The translations under genes and the position numbers were made by a program. A stretch of 39,134 nucleotides of DNA, taken from the NCBI GenBank assembly GCA_963779925.1, contig CAVZZS010000012.1:1-39134 (forward strand), read 5' to 3'. This DNA comes from an uncultured Nanoarchaeota archaeon (GTDB taxonomy: Archaea; Nanobdellota; Nanobdellia; Pacearchaeales; GW2011-AR1). Below are positions 35,693 to 39,134 of this stretch, in pieces (position 1 is the first letter of the stretch; each line of letters starts with the position of its first letter). The notes beneath the pieces are model-generated. The model ran no database searches. It had not been told where the DNA came from and saw nothing but the letters and a program-made list of their open reading frames with translations.

Positions 35693-38293
35693 ATGACAAA
35701 AATTACACAGGCAGAAAAAAGCAGTACCAATGAGATAAAAAAGATCTTACATCCTCTTGTAAGAGATTGGTTTTTCTCGAAATTCAAGGAATTCTCGCCT
35801 ACTCAGGAGTATGGAGTCCTAAATATCTGGAACAGAAAAGATATTTTGATCTCAGCTCCAACAGGAGGAACAAAAACGCTCACAGCTTTTCTTTCAATTC
35901 TCAATTACTTAGTCATACAAGCAGAAAATGGAAGCTTAGAAGACAGAATCTATGCAGTCTATACTTCTCCATTAAAAGCTCTTAGCAATGATATTCATAA
36001 GAATCTAATAGAGCCTCTGGAAGAAATAAATAACTTAGCAGAAGAAAGAGGAATAAAATTGCAGAAGATAAGAGTTGGTCTGCGAACTGGAGATACAACA
36101 ACTGCTGAAAGAGCAAAGATGGCACGTAAAGCACCTCACATTCTCGTTACAACTCCAGAGTCATTGGCAATTGTTCTCACAAGTCCAAAGTTCGTTGATA
36201 ATATGAAAGCTGTAGAATTTTGCATAGTTGATGAAATTCATGCATTTGATAATAAGAGGGGGGTTTATTTGAGCCTAACAATGGAAAGATTGAATGAAAT
36301 AAGCAACATATGGGCTACAAAAATCGGTTTGAGCGCAACAATTGAACCGATGGAAGAGGTCGGAAGATTCCTTGTTGGAGAAGGTGATGAAAGAGAAGTG
36401 TCAATTGCAAGAGTCCCAATGACTAAGAAGTTAGATATTGCAGTTTTGACTCCCACAAAAGATTTGATTGAAGATACAAATATTTTCAATAGCATGTATG
36501 ATTTGCTTGGGAAGTTAATAAGAGATCACAAGACAACTTTGATTTTCACAAATACACGTTCTGCAACAGAAAGAATCGTAAGCAATCTAAAAGAAAAATT
36601 CCCTACAGAATATGGGGATGATAATATTGCAGCGCACCATTCTTCCCTTTCAAAAGCTCATAGGTTTGATGTTGAAGAAAGGTTGAGAAAAGGAGAATTG
36701 AAAGTTGTTGTCTGTTCCACAAGCTTGGAATTAGGAATTGATATTGGTTATATTGACCTTGTAATTATGATTGGTTCGCCAAAATCCTCAGCGAGAGCAT
36801 TGCAGAGATTGGGAAGAGCAGGTCACAAGCTTCATGATATAGCAAAAGGAAGATTTATTGTTACAGATAGGGATGATTTAGTTGAATGTTCTGTAATCCA
36901 AAAAGAAATGATTGAAAAGAAGATCAATAAGGTTTATTTCCCAAAAAATTGCCTTGATGTTTTAGCACAGCAGATTTATGGAATGGCTATCTACAAAATC
37001 TGGGATATTGACAAATTGTTTGAAACAATAAAAGGAAGTTATTGCTATGCAACTCTTCCAAAAAAAGATTTTCTTGATATTATTAGTTATTTAGCGGGAG
37101 AATATGATTTGGAAAAGAATTATGTTTATGGAAAAATTTGGTATGATCCGATAACAAAGCAGGTTGGGAAGAAAGGAAAGATGGCAAGAGTCTTGTATAT
37201 GACAAACATTGGAACAATTCCTGATGAATCTTTCATAACAGTAAAACTCGCAAAAACTCAGGAACAGATCGGATTTATAGATGAAGGGTTCATGGAAAGG
37301 ATGAAAAGAGGAGATGTCTTTGTATTGGGAGGTAAAAAGTACCAATTCTCATATCCAAGAGGAATGAATCTTTATGTTAATTCAGCAGAGCAGTTATCTC
37401 CAACAATTCCTTCTTGGTTTTCAGAAATGCTTCCCCTAAGTTTTGATTCCGGCTTGGAAATAAACAGATTCAGGTTCATGATGCATGAAAGATTCAGTTC
37501 AAACAAGCCAAGAAAAGAAATTGAAGAATTCATTTGTGAATATCTTTACATTCCTATTGAAACAGCAATAAAAATCTATGACTATTTTTATGAACAGCAT
37601 AAATTTCTTGGAATTCCAAATGAAAAACAGATGATTGTTGAAAGGTATAAGGGAGAGAAAAAATATCTGATTTTTCATAGTATGTATGGCAGACGGGTAA
37701 ATGATGCATTATCAAGGGCTTTTGGTTTCATTGTGGGACAGGCAGGAGAAAGAGATGTTGAAATGGGCATTAATGATAATGGATTTTATCTTGCGGGAGA
37801 AAAGTTCTTGAATATTGAGAAAGCTCTCAATTCCATTACGCCTGATAATTTAGAGGAAGTTTTGAAGGAAGCAATTGAAAAGACAGATGTTCTTGCAAGA
37901 AGATTTAGACATTGTGCGACACGTTCATTGATGATTCTTAGAAATTATAAAGGGATGAACAAGACAGTAGGAAAGCAACAGATGAAAAGCCATTTCCTTC
38001 TTCATGCGGTAAAAAAGATAACTAACGAATTCCCGATTTTGAGAGAAGCTCGAAGGGAAGTTCTGGAAGATTTGATGGACGTTCAGAATGCTAAGAAAGT
38101 TCTTGAGTGGATAAAAGACGGAAAACTAAAACTCAAATTCATTGACACGATTCTACCCTCTCCATTTGCAACAAACTTAATTATCCAAGGTTACAGCGAC
38201 CTTATCAGAATTGAAGACAAGCAAAACTTCCTCCGAAGAATGCATGAGCTTCATATGAAAGAGATAAGCAGAGGAATGGGTCTAGAGTTTTAG
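35693..38293 (+). CDS. lhr: Lhr-like ATP-dependent helicase
   Basis: Q motif, SPLKALSND, LRTGDT, TTPES, DEIH, SAT, HHSSLS, SLELGID, QRLGRAGH, DVLAQ. Confidence 0.94.
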   Translation: MTKITQAEKSSTNEIKKILHPLVRDWFFSKFKEFSPTQEYGVLNIWNRKDILISAPTGGTKTLTAFLSILNYLVIQAENGSLEDRIYAVYTSPLKALSNDIHKNLIEPLEEINNLAEERGIKLQKIRVGLRTGDTTTAERAKMARKAPHILVTTPESLAIVLTSPKFVDNMKAVEFCIVDEIHAFDNKRGVYLSLTMERLNEISNIWATKIGLSATIEPMEEVGRFLVGEGDEREVSIARVPMTKKLDIAVLTPTKDLIEDTNIFNSMYDLLGKLIRDHKTTLIFTNTRSATERIVSNLKEKFPTEYGDDNIAAHHSSLSKAHRFDVEERLRKGELKVVVCSTSLELGIDIGYIDLVIMIGSPKSSARALQRLGRAGHKLHDIAKGRFIVTDRDDLVECSVIQKEMIEKKINKVYFPKNCLDVLAQQIYGMAIYKIWDIDKLFETIKGSYCYATLPKKDFLDIISYLAGEYDLEKNYVYGKIWYDPITKQVGKKGKMARVLYMTNIGTIPDESFITVKLAKTQEQIGFIDEGFMERMKRGDVFVLGGKKYQFSYPRGMNLYVNSAEQLSPTIPSWFSEMLPLSFDSGLEINRFRFMMHERFSSNKPRKEIEEFICEYLYIPIETAIKIYDYFYEQHKFLGIPNEKQMIVERYKGEKKYLIFHSMYGRRVNDALSRAFGFIVGQAGERDVEMGINDNGFYLAGEKFLNIEKALNSITPDNLEEVLKEAIEKTDVLARRFRHCATRSLMILRNYKGMNKTVGKQQMKSHFLLHAVKKITNEFPILREARREVLEDLMDVQNAKKVLEWIKDGKLKLKFIDTILPSPFATNLIIQGYSDLIRIEDKQNFLRRMHELHMKEISRGMGLEF

Positions 38294-38351
38294 AAAATCA
38301 AATTTAAAAGAAAAAGAAACCCCACAAAAAATAAAAAAATAAAATTTAGGT

Positions 38352-38558
38352 TTATTTGCACATTTTGCAACCGGGCATAATTAATTCCATTAATCCCCAC
38401 AAAACGAAGATTCCACCCACAAATGCTACCCAATTCAAAAACTGCCAATAAACATTGACTAAAACAAGAGCACCAAGGATAAGCATCTTCGCACCCATCA
38501 TTCTCTTGTGCATTATCCAATGTTTCTTGTCCATATTCATCATCATATCTTTTGCCAT
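38352..38558 (-). CDS. Small 2-TM protein with Met-rich N-terminus and terminal CxxC
   Basis: MAKDMMMNMDKKHWIMHKRMM, two TMs, GCKMCK; GGGGTGA SD upstream. Confidence 0.72.
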   Translation of the reverse strand: MAKDMMMNMDKKHWIMHKRMMGAKMLILGALVLVNVYWQFLNWVAFVGGIFVLWGLMELIMPGCKMCK

Positions 38559-38580
38559 TTATTCACCCCCTTTCATTTTT

Positions 38581-38787
38581 TTAGTATGATTTCCTTCTGT
38601 AAAAATGATTAACAATCAATCCTATTGCTATAACTATCAAAACCAGAGGAACCCATGGAACGGGAATTGTGAAAACATTTATCTCATTTAAAAACCAAAC
38701 AATTCCAATTATTAATAATATAACCCCTGCTAAAGGAAATACTTTGTCTTTGTGTCTCGCATATCTTTCACTTCTTTTTTTTGCCAT
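38581..38787 (-). CDS. Small 2-TM protein (LiaI/LiaF-TM-like)
   Basis: GVILLIIGIVWFL...WVPLVLIVIAIGLI pattern. Confidence 0.75.
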   Translation of the reverse strand: MAKKRSERYARHKDKVFPLAGVILLIIGIVWFLNEINVFTIPVPWVPLVLIVIAIGLIVNHFYRRKSY

Positions 38788-38800
38788 CTTTTTAATATGA

Positions 38801-38962
38801 TTAAAATTGTCCAGTCTCAGTAAACTTCTTCATCAATTTTTCAATAATGATTTGTGGAGCAAATCCTTTTCTGCTGCAAGCCTTTACAAACTCATCGTAA
38901 GTTTGCCTATCAATATTGTAATCGATCTTCATTTTCTGAGGACCTTTTGGATATGATGCCAT
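38801..38962 (-). CDS. Small ribbon-helix-helix-like DNA-binding protein
   Basis: Hand-translated 53 aa: MASYPKGPQKMKIDYNIDRQTYDEFVKACSRKGFAPQIIIEKLMKKFTETGQF (beta-alpha-alpha pattern). TTTATAAA 29 nt upstream. Confidence 0.72.
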   Translation of the reverse strand: MASYPKGPQKMKIDYNIDRQTYDEFVKACSRKGFAPQIIIEKLMKKFTETGQF

Positions 38963-38992
38963 AACTAAATTATTAAGATGAAGTTTATAAAT

Positions 38993-39134
38993 TTATTTCC
39001 TTCTTTTCATAATACTATAGGAAATAAAATTGACAATCCAAAAGACCACAGCAATAATTATTGTGGAAATTATGTCAAATTCTTTTATAAGAAGATATTT
39101 TACTAATGCATAGACTAAGGCGGTTATTAATGCA
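38993..39134 (-). CDS. C-terminus of a membrane protein (partial, right edge)
   Basis: ...ALITALVYALVKYLLIKEFDIISTIIIAVVFWIVNFISYSIMKRRK*. Confidence 0.65.
   Translation of the reverse strand, partial: ALITALVYALVKYLLIKEFDIISTIIIAVVFWIVNFISYSIMKRRK

Noticed and set aside
1881-38520. Numerous short antisense or nested ORFs in the ORF track (e.g. 3594-4061, 5674-5871, 15661-16260, 28206-28466, 38290-38520)
   Set aside because: They are shadows of well-supported genes or tRNAs, mostly with non-ATG starts and no recognisable motifs.

Overview
Gene-dense, AT-rich chromosomal segment of a small-genome archaeon, most likely DPANN (Pacearchaeota/Woesearchaeota-like; inferred from gene content, not from a search). 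Archaeal core genes include aRF1, Rpo11, RadB, Nre, NAC, Sec61beta, archaeal ValRS, PyrH, TopA, Lhr and an MBF1-like protein. There are four tRNA genes: Ile-GAT, Gln-CTG, Thr-GGT and Glu-CTC, the last with a highly structured 81-nt intron. Bacterial-type genes include a DisA diadenylate cyclase, a split MetRS1 and an RRM protein. Surface proteins include a Cys-rich class III pilin, a tail-fibre-like secreted protein and a beta-helix PGF-pre-PGF protein. Features missed by the ORF track are an 88-bp MITE-like element with a 9-bp target duplication, Sec61beta, a small RHH protein, two edge-truncated ORFs, and a near-invariant 29-nt TATA-to-ATG spacing that points to leaderless mRNAs. No CRISPR array, integrase, transposase or reverse transcriptase was seen. 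All family calls come from motif recognition by eye.
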